A stretch of 63,516 nucleotides of DNA, filler included, from Octopus bimaculoides (Eukaryota): assembly GCF_001194135.2 (NCBI RefSeq). It is 5 parts of 5 records of this genome, joined end to end, with 100 filler letters (N's around TTAATTAATTAA, not from the genome) between each part and the next. Parts side by side here need not be neighbours in the genome. Positions count along the whole stretch, not along the records: positions 12,144 to 40,387 come from NC_068993.1; positions 40,488 to 42,519 come from NW_026372394.1; positions 42,620 to 60,404 come from NC_068986.1; 2 more parts are not named here. One strand, 5' to 3'. How positions within the stretch are numbered: position 1 is the stretch's first letter; every line of letters begins with the position of its first letter. Shown piece by piece: positions 38,070 through 50,932 of the stretch. Below the pieces are notes generated by a model that saw nothing but the letters and a program-made list of their open reading frames with translations, searched no databases and had not been told where the DNA came from. A program made the position numbers and the translations under genes.

Positions 38070-38265
38070 CAAGAATAAGGGCAGAGAATCGTCAATTAAT
38101 AATAGAATTAATAATTAACAATTTTGCCAAGTAGTTCAGTATGAAAAAAACCTTTATCGGTAAAACTATTTATCATCATAAATATACAGGGATTAGCAAT
38201 TGAGTTGCTTCTCCAACATAATGAAAATTTAGAAATAGCAGTCAAAGAACTACTGATTCCAAACT

Positions 38266-38305
<40 letters not shown>

Positions 38306-39399
38306 AATTTATAATATTACTGCACGATTATTCTCAATTTCTTGACAATACACGCAAACAACGCGCTCACAAAAATATGTGTCTGTGTATATATATGCAT
38401 ACACGCGCAACACACACCTATGTGCATAATTCACATATATACATGCGTACATAGTACATGTGTATATCCATATGCATAGATACATATACCATGTTTGTAT
38501 TTATATATTAATTTCTACTACTTTGTGCCTATCTATCTATCTATCTATCTATTTAAAAATCAAATATAATTTTCTATATCATGAATTGTCGGATAAATTT
38601 AGAAAATAGTTTTGTTAAGTCTTCTAAATCGTTGTCTTGAGACGTTGGACATTATTACTGCAAATTATGTTTTGATTTCGTCATCAATTTCCTTCATTAT
38701 TCCCAAGACATGGAGAATTTCATGAGGAGTCTATCTGTTATTTAACTATAATAATTCCCCCTATATATTCGCAACTTGCCTCAATTCTTTCAACTTACGG
38801 CGACATAAACCAAAAATCGTAGCCTAGGATATATAAAGAACGTGTATGATGTTTAACATACCACTTCCTCCAAAGTAGAAAAAAATAGTGTAAATCCTTC
38901 TATAAAGATTTTGGTTTCAGCAGAGAAGACAAGAATACTACAGGAAGTAATCGAATAGCTAAAGAACCATTTACGTGATAATATAATATATTCTTTAAAA
39001 TAACAATTAACACCAATATACACAGAAATATATTCAACACAGATGCAGAACATGGCGGAATATAGTATTAAAATAATGAAAGACAACATCGAATGCAAAT
39101 TAAAATGACTCACAAATACATACGTCTCCATTATACTAAACGGCCATAAAACAATTTCGCTAACTAACCCAGCTGCAGACTGTTAAACTGATCAAAAAGT
39201 AATTTAGGTTCTGTTAGTGAGTCAAATAAGTGAAGCGATAATTATATAGATAAAACTGTAAAAAATAATTTGAAAGTATGGAAGACGCAGTGGTCGGTAT
39301 ATTGTCATTCAGTAATGCTTGAAAATTAAGAATCGTGCAAAGGTGTTAATGTTGTCAATAATTGATAACTTATTGTACATCTATATACAGTAAATGAAA

Positions 39400-39530
39400 T
39401 AATGACTCTGCATTGTTCAGTGGACGAATTGTTGAGGTTTGTTTTCGATTCCAGGAGTGAAAGGTGCATTGTATTCTTGAGCAAAACACTTCCTTTCACG
39501 TTGCTCCAGTCCGATCGTCACAGAACGGTC
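39400..39530 (+). mobile_element. Degraded CORE/Meta-type SINE 5' part
   Basis: TTTTCGATTCC..TGTATTCTTGAGCAAAACACTT.CTTTCACGTTGCTCCAGTCC. Confidence 0.6.
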
Positions 39531-40056
39531 TTCCGTTCAAGTCTAGTGTTCTTACCTCTATTTATACGCCATGGACACCAGGCAGTCTGCCTTGTGCGTA
39601 TTAAGATAGGAGACAATAATATTCATGAGTTGATGATGATAATATATTCATAATAGACAATCTGGGCTTCAAACTCATCCGCTACTCCTTGCTAAACACT
39701 GCGGTCTCAATGACTTCCGTACACGCCATCGATTTGTACCGGTCCCAGGTGCTACCTCACCGTCTTTATAATGATAATGTTTCAGGATCTAACCAGCCAG
39801 ATGAAAAGTTTGTGGAAAACTAACGGTGGGCGTTGTATAACAACCAATCTGCTTACTAAGAGGCTGAATAATACAGGAAATTGGGATTAGTATTGTCGAC
39901 CCGAGGAAAAAGAGCAATACTATATTCAATAAGAATCCTGAGGAATATCAGGAAGATTTGCGCAGACTATGCTTACTAAATCTCTATATACAATCCTTTC
40001 TAACAGAACAGGTAATAGTTTTTACTACTATTACTACTACTACTACTACTACTACT

Positions 40057-40154
<98 letters not shown>

Positions 40155-40387
40155 TAACTGATCGCCTATGCATCAAGAGAGCAAATGGAGGATGGGGGCT
40201 GATAAGTGTGGAAGACTGAGTGCGTATCGAACTCGAGAGTTTAATGAGATAACTAATCCAAAGTAAGGAAACCTTACTAGTAACAGTTATGAACGAGAGA
40301 TTATTGAGAGCCGAGAAAAATGAGAAAACAAAAGAAGTACAAAAAAGACATAAAGTAGAATTATGCATGAAGGGAATATACAATCAA
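40155..40387 (+). mobile_element. R4/Dong-like LINE fragment (post-RT region), 5' end abutting (TAC)n(TAA)n
   Basis: TDRLCIKRANGGWGLISVED*VRIELESL matches the family motif DRLY..R..GGRGL..VE. Confidence 0.75.
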
Positions 40388-40487
40388 NNNNNNNNNNNNN
40401 NNNNNNNNNNNNNNNNNNNNNNNNNNNNNNNTTAATTAATTAANNNNNNNNNNNNNNNNNNNNNNNNNNNNNNNNNNNNNNNNNNNN
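40388..40487. other. Artificial scaffold-join spacer
   Basis: 44 N + TTAATTAATTAA + 44 N. Confidence 0.92.
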
Positions 40488-41108
40488 TGCCTTTGAATAT
40501 CGCATCATATCTCTTCGGCAACATCTTTTAAACACTAAGCATCGAAGTGAATCATTGACTAAGTTTGCATACCTGATCCTGATAACATCATAAGGCTTAG
40601 AAGGCGGCTCCTTAAACAACACACTTTGTCTGATAACCAAGTATAAAAGTCCAAATATGTCACATGACTCCACGGCAAAATATCCTCAGGTGAAAGGATG
40701 AGCCTATATGAACTGAAGATTATGCATGGATATGTTAGTAGAAAGCTCCGTGATAATACTAACATCGAACATCAAAACAGTTTATCGTGGACAAATAGCC
40801 GGATTATTACCTCCCACTTTGAAAGGTATGCGTTTGCAATTCAGGAACAGGAAATATCAACCAAGTACCTGATGCACAAAAGGAATAGAGATGCGGGAAA
40901 AGATGTAAAATGTGACAACAGATGCAAGCTTTGTGGAGTTCACTTCCAATATATCACACACATCTTAAGCAGTTGTCCTAAAATGTCATCACGGTATTAT
41001 CTACTGATAAGACATGACGTTGTAGCTAGGACACTCTATAATGAAATCCGTCAGAAGGATAATCTGTAGGATGACAAAGAATTAAAAACCACAATATGTT
41101 AGAAACCA
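40488..41108 (+). mobile_element. R4/Dong-like LINE C-terminal region (CCHC knuckle and RHD motif upstream of the RLE endonuclease)
   Basis: MHGYV..LSW..FAIQEQEISTKY..CKLCGVHFQYITHILSSCP..RHDVVA. Confidence 0.85.
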
Positions 41109-42519
41109 NNNNNNNNNNNNNNNNNNNNNNNNNNNNNNNNNNNNNNNNNNNNNNNNNNNNNNNNNNNNNNNNNNNNNNNNNNNNNNNNNNNNNNNNNNNN
41201 NNNNNNNNNNNNNNNNNNNNNNNNNNNNNNNNNNNNNNNNNNNNNNNNNNNNNNNNNNNNNNNNNNNNNNNNNNNNNNNNNNNNNNNNNNNNNNNNNNNN
41301 NNNNNNNNNNNNNNNNNNNNNNNNNNNNNNNNNNNNNNNNNNNNNNNNNNNNNNNNNNNNNNNNNNNNNNNNNNNNNNNNNNNNNNNNNNNNNNNNNNNN
41401 NNNNNNNNNNNNNNNNNNNNNNNNNNNNNNNNNNNNNNNNNNNNNNNNNNNNNNNNNNNNNNNNNNNNNNNNNNNNNNNNNNNNNNNNNNNNNNNNNNNN
41501 NNNNNNNNNNNNNNNNNNNNNNNNNNNNNNNNNNNNNNNNNNNNNNNNNNNNNNNNNNNNNNNNNNNNNNNNNNNNNNNNNNNNNNNNNNNNNNNNNNNN
41601 NNNNNNNNNNNNNNNNNNNNNNNNNNNNNNNNNNNNNNNNNNNNNNNNNNNNNNNNNNNNNNNNNNNNNNNNNNNNNNNNNNNNNNNNNNNNNNNNNNNN
41701 NNNNNNNNNNNNNNNNNNNNNNNNNNNNNNNNNNNNNNNNNNNNNNNNNNNNNNNNNNNNNNNNNNNNNNNNNNNNNNNNNNNNNNNNNNNNNNNNNNNN
41801 NNNNNNNNNNNNNNNNNNNNNNNNNNNNNNNNNNNNNNNNNNNNNNNNNNNNNNNATATATACATAGTTACATAGATACATGAATACAAACACACACACA
41901 CACACAAACACACACACAAACACACACACACACACATACACACACACACACACACAAATATGCTTAATATGAGAATGAGAAACGTTAACATAGACGAATG
42001 TAAATTCACGTTGCTGGTGTAAGTTTGCTATTCGTAAAAAAATGTATTTCAGACACAACCACATGGTTTATGTATTTATAATGTATCTCGGAAGCCATCT
42101 TATGCTTTGACAATCAGTATATATGACAGTATGGTTTCTTTTCATTAATATTGCGTTGCTATTTGTAAGAACTTGGTTACTTGTAGATGCGCTTTGTTTT
42201 CGACTTGTGCGATACTGATTGTAAGTCTGAGAAAGTTAAAAATAATAGAGGTCATGCACACACATTCGGACCTGATCGTACTTATTAAGATAAATTTGAA
42301 ATTGCTTTAAATTGGAAAATATAGTTTGTTATGATTGATATGGGCCACCATACGAATGAATGGATCTAAATGTAAAGAACAGATATACTGCTCATATATC
42401 AATAGATTTGCTAACTCAGAATCATAGATGCAAACGAAATAATCGTTAAACGATGTCACAACTAAGCATAGAGATGCCTCTATCACTCATTCTCTGTGTA
42501 TATATATGTTTATATATAT

Positions 42520-42619
42520 NNNNNNNNNNNNNNNNNNNNNNNNNNNNNNNNNNNNNNNNNNNNTTAATTAATTAANNNNNNNNNNNNNNNNNNNNNNNNN
42601 NNNNNNNNNNNNNNNNNNN
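42520..42619. other. Artificial scaffold-join spacer
   Basis: 44 N + TTAATTAATTAA + 44 N. Confidence 0.92.
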
Positions 42620-43271
42620 TAGTATGTTTTTTATGTCTGTGTTTGTCATATCCCTCCCAATAAAATACAGGCCTATGTATGCGATTCAATGCTTAATAAA
42701 ACATCCATGTGTTTACTGAAACTGTAGCTATGATTATATAGTTTGTATTTATATCAGCCTATTAAAATTCTCCTTTCTGTTGCTGAATACATATATATTT
42801 CAACTGCAAGTATGTACTCCTGACACTAATTTACTGAAACTCCTGAATGGTTTATATGGCAAGAAAATAAACGCTTTAATTAAATAAAGAGTAGATTATA
42901 CAATAGTTTACCATCGATTAGTACTGAGCTCCGCTTATGCAATAAATTCTCATAACACACGAAATATTATGTATCATCAATGTTGTACGTTATATAAACT
43001 GCGATTATATAATGTTGAATGCATAAGATCAATAAGGAAAACATTCTCTTTTCCTCAGATATTTATATTCATAATTTTTTCTTTCATTTCACAGCGACAG
43101 TTTAAAAGTCTCCGAATAGTTAATTTTAATAGTAAAAATATTAACTGATTTGCACGATTCAAACTAATTCTTTCCTCATTCAAGTAGCAAATGTACGAAT
43201 AAATTATAAGTGGCTTCATCATCAATAAACAAATATCCTTATATAAGAAATGTATTGTGAAAAAATAAGTG

Positions 43272-43327
<56 letters not shown>

Positions 43328-43756
43328 GGGTGGGGCTAATTTCAGCAAATTGCATAATGTGAATGAATTCTCAATGAATTTATGCAAATATAGCTGAAGT
43401 CTTTTGGAAAGATATTAAATGTTATGCATATTCTGTCACAAGTATGATTACAAGAAAACACTTCAGTCTAAACAGACATATCTAAAAGCGCACAAACGCA
43501 CACAAGCAAATGCAATCACACACACACATATAAACATATATGTGTGCATACATATACGTAAGCGCACATACGCACACAAGCAAATGCGATCTCACACACA
43601 CATACACACATCGATGTATGCATATATATACATATATATATACGTATATAGATACATATACATGTATATATATATATATGTATGTGTATATATATATGTG
43701 TGTGTGTGTATATATATGTGTGTGTGTGTATATATATACGTGTGTGTGTGCGTGTG

Positions 43757-43793
<37 letters not shown>

Positions 43794-44036
43794 NNNNNNN
43801 NNNNNNNNNNNNNNNNNNNNNNNNNNNNNNNNNNNNNNNNNNNNNNNNNNNNNNNNNNNNNNNNNNNNNNNNNNNNNNNNNNNNNNNNNNNNNNNNNNNN
43901 NNNNNNNNNNNNNNNNNNNNNNNNNNNNNNNNNNNNNNNNNNNNNNNNNNNNNNNNNNNNNNNNNNNNNNNNNNNNNNNNNNNNNNNNNNNNNNNNNNNN
44001 NNNNNNNNNNNNNNNNNNNNNNNNNNNNNNNNNNNN

Positions 44037-44250
44037 AGACGATATCGCCAGCCCATCCATGCATTTGATTTTGCCCCTCTTCAAGACTAACACACCACAC
44101 TTTCTCAGTCCGAACTTCATTCTGATATCAGCACTGAAGGTATACACCGTATCAACGAGGGAACTGACTTGGGATTCATCTCTACCATAAAGTTTGTGGC
44201 CATCCATGAATAACAAATGGCTAACCTTTTTCTGGCGGCTTTTGAATACA
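44037..44250 (-). repeat. Identical 214-bp duplicate of 44582-44795, isolated between gaps
   Basis: Base-for-base match by eye; probably an assembly duplication. Confidence 0.8.
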
Positions 44251-44260
44251 NNNNNNNNNN

Positions 44261-46910
44261 TGTGTTCGCATCCAATCAATCCTCTTCCCCCTCTTTTTCT
44301 TGGTACATACAATTTGTCTGTATCTGTGTCTCAATATCTAGTCCGCAACTCCCTTGTCTTTCTGTCTAAGCTATTTAGCTCCTCTACTGTCCATCCGATT
44401 ACCCCTGCTCCATATCTTCAATCTTAATCCGTCCGTTTAATTTCGATTTAAGGATCCGTCTCAGTCTGCGCATATACTCAACCATAATTTTTTCTGTCGT
44501 TTATTTATCCATCAATTTATCCATTTCCAATATCCCCAAATACTTATAGCCCGTCTCTTTTATCTGCTTCACAACCTCCCCAGACGATATCGCCAGCCCA
44601 TCCATGCATTTGATTTTGCCCCTCTTCAAGACTAACACACCACACTTTCTCAGTCCGAACTTCATTCTGATATCAGCACTGAAGGTATACACCGTATCAA
44701 CGAGGGAACTGACTTGGGATTCATCTCTACCATAAAGTTTGTGGCCATCCATGAATAACAAATGGCTAACCTTTTTCTGGCGGCTTTTGAATACATACTC
44801 AGCTTTGGTTTTCCTCAGAATCAATGTTAGTAGTATCAAGCACAGTACAAAGATCAGTGGAGAGAAGCAGTCCTCTTGGAAGATACCCCTCCTGATTTCT
44901 ACTGTCCCTAAACTTCTTTCGTATGCTGTCATGTCCATCCTCCAATTCATCGTACTTTTTCCAAGCAATCGCTCAACATCCGATGCAATACCAAATAGGT
45001 TCATGCATTCCATTATTGAAGAGTGTGGGATCATATCGTACGCCTTATGATAGTCGATCGATGACATGGCTAAGTTAGTTTTCCTCTTATTGCAGTCTTT
45101 AAGTACAGTTTTGTCTATCAGGAGTTGATCCTTGGTACCACTGCACTTATGCTTGCAACCTTTGTGCTCATGTGGCAGGACTCCATTTTTTACAAATGTT
45201 CGTACATTGAATCTGCGAGTATTCCAGTCAATAATTTCCACATAAGTGGCAAACAGGATATCAACCTGTCATTTTCTACCGTATTGCCTGTCTCTATGTT
45301 TTTCAAGCACAGCACTGTCCTACGCAGTGTCAACCACTCTGGTGTTACTTGGTCGGCATTTAATAAGGTGTTGAGTTGCACAGCCATTCGTGCATGCCAT
45401 TCACCAAATCTTTTAATCCAGTCGCTTTCAACTCTATCTGGTCCCGGGGGTCTTCCAGTTGCTCCATTTTTTTCTTTTTGCTGATTTCCTTCACTTCCCT
45501 AACTAAAATGACTAGTTCTGCTTGTTTTGGACAGACTGCTGTTTGTTTCAGTTCTTGCAACCATTCAGCATCCTTCTTGTGTTCCTTGTCTTTGCTCCAC
45601 ATATCACTCCAAAACTTTTGACTTTCAATGTTATCTGGTATCAACTTTTCATCTGTACACTCTGCATTTATTTCTTCATAGAATCTCTTCTGATCTACTC
45701 TGAATAACCTATTCTGGTGGTAACCCTTCATTCTTTGGTCGTATCTTACCATCTGTGCCTTCTTTGCAACAAAGCGCTGTTTCAGTTCTTCCATTAACAC
45801 TTTCAGGCCCTTTCTTTCAATATTATACTTCCTTTTCAGCACCCTGCATTTTTGGTCGCTTTTAAGCTCCCCTTTGTTTTTTCGGTCTAACACAGAAATT
45901 TCCTTCAAGAGCATTCGAACCCTGCATGTATGATTCTTTTCCACCATGGATCTTTTCTTTTGTCACTCCCATTACATTTCTTTTACTTGGCATCAACGCC
46001 TACGTTTTCTGCTACAAAAATACTTGCTGCATTGATCAAGTGATTTGTTTCTGTGACGTTATTTATTCTGATGTATTTCAGAATTTCATAAACATTTTTC
46101 CTTTCTTGGCTCAGTTTCCATCGATCAACCTTCTTAAGGTTCCAAATAATGTCGCTATCGTCCTCCCGTAGTATTGACTTTATTCTGTCGTGGATTGCTT
46201 TTTGTTCATCTGTCATGTCGCCATTAGTTTTATTATTTTCTTTTTGATCATCTACATGCCTCTCATCAAGTAATCTACCACTGCTCCTTTCCTGTGCTAC
46301 GAGATTACTTTTATCAGTGAGAACTGTATTTTCATCGTTATCTCAGGCTGCTATTTTCCAAGACCCGTCTTTTGATAGCTTCGAGCTCTACTTCTGTGAA
46401 CCAACGATCTTTTTCTTATTGCTCTAGCTTGATAACACAGTCTCTGTTTTGTCGGTAACCCCTAATTTGAGCACCATTTTCATCTACCGAGTTGCTCAGG
46501 TAGTAACACTCTATGACCACAGCATTAATTTGCTTGCTCCGTCTACGCCGTGTGTGGTGGTCCCTTTCTGGATATCAACAGGCTGGAGCCAGACCGGAAT
46601 CTCTGAGTCTACCGGGTGGAACACTGTCACCATCATTGGCTTCAGTTTCATTACCACCATTATTCACAATATTTTGTTTCTTCATTATCACTCATATGAG
46701 GTAGCAATTATCAGGTTGCGCAATTACCAGTGTTGTTACTATGACAACATCACTAGATGTATAATTAATCAGGACATGGAGAGGTTCCACCCGCTTCCTT
46801 TACTATTATTATTTTTATCATCTCTGATCTCACTGATATTATTGTTTTTATTCTTTTACTATATGTCATTGTTATGATAACAGACTCAGAGGTTACATAG
46901 GTCTGAGGGG
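44261..46910 (-). mobile_element. R4/Dong-like non-LTR retrotransposon: 5' end, N-terminal domain and RT, decayed
   Basis: VIECYYLSN..GYRQ; NWKTPGPDRVESDWIK; [16 protein letters not shown]; DQLLIDK; [13 protein letters not shown]; [13 protein letters not shown]; HLLFMDG (DD decayed); KFGLRKC; YKYLGILE; RYGAGVIGWTVEELNSLDRKTR; KLYVPRKRGGRGL. The 3' part is lost in gaps. Confidence 0.92.
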
Positions 46911-46911
46911 C

Positions 46912-47184
46912 AGTAGTAGTAGTAGTAGTAGTAGGGCCTTAGATTCATGTGCTATCAGAACAGTGGCAGTTGTAGTATTAGCAGCTACAGCACATTATCA
47001 TTATTTTTATCATTATCACCATCATCACCACTACTATTGTTATTACCATTATTACTATTTCCATTCATTATTAAATTTCTTTTTAATGTTCTTTATTTTC
47101 AACTTTTGTTATTACTATTATTACTATTATTATTATTATTATTATTATTATCATCATTATCATCATTATTATATTTATTATTAT

Positions 47185-47241
<57 letters not shown>

Positions 47242-47255
47242 CAGTAGTAGTAATA
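46912..47255. repeat. Compound (TAG)n/(TAT)n/(CAT)n microsatellite field upstream of the Dong-like element
   Basis: Direct read. Confidence 0.9.
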
Positions 47256-49254
47256 AATATTCATACGATCGGTATTGTTGTTGTTCTCATCGTGTTGTCG
47301 TCGTTCGTTAAGCATAAATTAATACGATTATCACAGCTTATTAATCAAGTTAATTTACAATTTCGGCGAAAATTCAAAATTAGGTGAATATTTCTTGTGG
47401 TGTTGTGTTTTGTGAGTGGGAGGAGTAGAAAATTATAACCATTTAAATAAGGCATAAAGTTAAACTCTGAAAAAGTAATGAATTATCTTCTTTTGTGTAT
47501 TAAATTTACATGAATCCATACCTTGTAATCGTTTGAAGATTATTTCTTTCATTGCAAAATTTATATTGTGTTAACTCAAAAACTCAATGCCTACGTTAAG
47601 AGAAACTAAATATTCTAGCTTGAAAATATTCATAAAATATATTTTAAAAACACTTACTGTTATATATAAATTTTGTGTTACACCGATAGTTTTCTATGGC
47701 TGAAACCATTTCAGTAGACCCGAGATATTTGCCTGTATTTAGTGGAAATTTTAGTGCAGCACAAAACTAAAAAAATAACTTCGTATACGCCAGCCACCAT
47801 TATTATATCAATATGTTAATCTTAATAACCTAAATATCTCCAATACTATCTGTTCTTTGAAAAAAAATAATGTCAGTTTATTCCACTGAACAAAACAAAA
47901 GTCCTTTATTTCTTCCATGTTCTGTCACGTCTAAATTATTTTACTTTTCTTTATTGTATTTCGTTGTTCTGTAATATAAACCCATAAAGATGCAATCGGG
48001 ATGTTGAAAAAAAAGAACATTATCTTGATGAAGTCGTGTATTGTGAATATAATGATATGAAAGTCTTCCTATTTTTATACGACATATTGTCTCGTTTATT
48101 TCGCTGCCTTGAATGCGCATAAATGTTGAAAATTTAATACTTCAACAGAGAGAAGCAAAATTTTTCCGTGGTACTTTTCTCTCCAAATAGTTCAGTATTT
48201 CTAATAAAAATTCATTGATATACTTAATATTTTTCAGGTATTTGTTTTCTTTTACTTACAAATGTATATACATTTCGTATACATTTATTTCCATTTTAAA
48301 TGCTGTCCTCTATGGTTATAAATTTTGTAATCCAGATCTACAAGATGCTTTCACTGCTATAGCACAAGGGATATATGATGAATATTGAATAGCTACACTT
48401 CGTATCAACAATAATTTCCGGCATTCGAATTTTCAAACGAATTTATCCATGTATCAATTCCATCTGCCTCTCGTCCACTGCAACATTCTAATGATTGGCT
48501 TTCTTCGGAGACAAAGAGGTACATTACAACATTATAAAACTACTACCGTTCTAAAGACGTCGGGAGAGCCTTGCCTTGGTGTAAGACTCTTACAACTGCC
48601 ATTACAATGTTGCTACTTATAAGCAGATTTCCGACACGGTATCAAAAGGAAAGCGTCACTTGATTGATTGACCTAAAATAAGTCTTGTCTCAAATATATA
48701 TTGCCACTTCACATTCTTTAACCACCACCAGAGATGCATTTTCTTGGTGAATTTATCTAGTCTTGTATCACTTTTTCTTAGGTAGTTCAGATCCAAACAT
48801 GTCCTCTCTAGTCATCCATAATTTGTTCTCAAATCTTAGAACCCCGCACTAACCTCTATGCCTACACTTTATTCTCCTATCCATAAATTCTCTGCAAATC
48901 CCTCACTTTATATATCTTTCCTGGACCCCTCCAATGACAAATATTTAAATGAGATCCAATCGCGATGACGTTACTGGTAACGGAAGACCGGCGAGAATTG
49001 CTAGAACATAGCTTTCATCTAGACAGGGTTTGATATGTTGCAATATTGTAAAACTTTCATCGTTCTAGGTTCTCTGAATACACTGCATATCTCAATCTGT
49101 CAAAGAAACCTTTCTGAATCCCCATCTTTACTTCTCTAAAAAGCATTAAAGTAAGTGGAAATATATATTTTAGCGCTGACAAATTAAAAATATAATTCTT
49201 TTTGTTAACACTCATCAACACATTGCAAGTTGTATCAACACATAGCAAATTTTT

Positions 49255-49450
49255 GTATTATTGTATCCAGTCATTGGACATCGGCAATACTGGAGCACCG
49301 CATTGAAGAGTTTATCGAACAAGTCGACTTCAGTACCTTTCTTAGAGTCGCTTACTTATTTTATCGATCTATTTAGCAATACCACTAAGTTACGGGAACC
49401 TTAACAAACCAGCACAGTTGGCAAATGGTGGTGGTGACGAACATAAACAC
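49255..49450 (-). mobile_element. SINE 3' half (family of 560-822)
   Basis: CAGTCATT..TACTGGAGCACCGC..GTCGAC..CAGTAC..CACTAAGTTACGGG..AAACCAGCAC. Confidence 0.7.
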
Positions 49451-49536
49451 AAAGGCATGCATACGCACAGATATGTAACCACACGTGTATTGTTGGCGAT
49501 TCTTCCTTATTTTTCCTTCTTTCTCTTTAGACTTGC

Positions 49537-49575
49537 CTCTTTCTGACGAAGAGCTATGTTCGAAACCTTAACAAT
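49537..49575 (+). ncRNA. Minimal hammerhead-like motif in a pseudo-LTR-like repeat
   Basis: CTGACGA-A-GAGC-TAT-GTTC-GAAAC-CTT: both core boxes and helix II are intact; helix I and III are degraded. Confidence 0.5.
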
Positions 49576-50639
49576 TCTCTCTTTCAACGAGCGTCAAATT
49601 AATATATTTCTTGCGCAAGTCATCACGTTCGTTCATTTAAGTTTTTTCTCTGTTTTTAATTGCTTGTTCTTTGAATCGACTATATATATAAACGATTGGC
49701 TTATTTCACACTTCCACATAAGTCATTGGTCGGCGCAGAGCTATAGCAGAAAACGATTTTTCAAGAATTGAGAACGAAACCACGTGGTTACAAAGGAAGC
49801 TTCCTAACCACAAAGCTGTCGTTGTGCCTATTTCTTAACCTTAGAGTAGTTTTTCCATCCAAGTATTTCATTCAAGACATAAATGAAACGCTGCATGACA
49901 TTGAAGTCATACGTATGGCAAATAATAGATTGGTACATATGCAGGAGAAATTAGCGATGTAAGTAAACAGAAAAATTGTTAACCTTCAAATCATGCTCAG
50001 TTAAACTATCCATTCTTCAGTATTTACTACGTTACAGTCGGAAACATCACACAAAATTCGTCTCCGTAAATATACTTGTCAAACAGCCGATGTTGTTTCC
50101 AATTCAATGTGCTCCTTCCTTCAGCGTATTACGGAGATTATAAATAAGACGTGAATCGAAAATGACACAAATAGAAATTTCTCTATCACGGAATCCAATA
50201 ATCTTTTTCTAAGCCCTATTGAAGTGAAGTTTCATACTGCATCAATCCATACCTTAAAACACACCTTTGAAGAAAATTTTAATGCCAACATTTCGATGCT
50301 GGAGTTGTCAATGCATCATATAATAATATTCTTTGCATATTAAATGTATATGAATGTAGGCGAAATTATGTATGTTTTATGAGAGTAAGTAAAAGGATAA
50401 GTTTTATAGCTCAGATTTATTCGCATTCTCAGGACATGGTGTCTTGAGCATGACTTTAAAATGCACCTGGTAGTGGTTTCTTGGTTTGAGATCTTCCGTG
50501 TTTTAAGGAGTGCGGAACCACTTAACCTGTATTGCTGTCAGGCCTACTCTGACTCGGAGCAGAAGCACCAGCTAGGGCTTTAGTAATGAGTTAATTATTA
50601 TGACACTAAATTGTTTTGGGAATAGGGTCACTCACAGAG

Positions 50640-50932
50640 GAGGAGACCCGCTTCGGTCATGAATGACTATGCACCCAGAAAGTTACTCTCCGCGACACAA
50701 GTCCAGGCAAGGTTGTTTGTGGAAGGCCAGCAGTCGCCCATGCATACCAGCCTCCTCTCTCCACACCACGGATATTATCCAAGGCAAAAGAAAAGGCCGA
50801 TACTGCTTGGCACCAGTGACGTCGCAACTCATTTCTACAGCTGAGTTAACTGGAACAACGTAAAATAAAGTGTCTTGCTCAAGAACACAACACGCAGCCC
50901 GACGTTCTAACCACTGAGCCATGCGCCTTCAC
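50640..50932 (-). mobile_element. CORE/Meta-type SINE lacking its B-box
   Basis: Homologous to 8014-8282 but about 40 bp including GGGAATCGAACTC is missing at 50901/50902. Confidence 0.8.

Noticed and set aside
46880-46912. HDV-like ribozyme at the Dong 5' end
   Set aside because: Only a 6-bp hairpin CTCAGA/TCTGAG is evident; I could not build the nested double pseudoknot
48700-49250. RTE endonuclease remnant
   Set aside because: Faint WRG-like similarity only; too decayed to support
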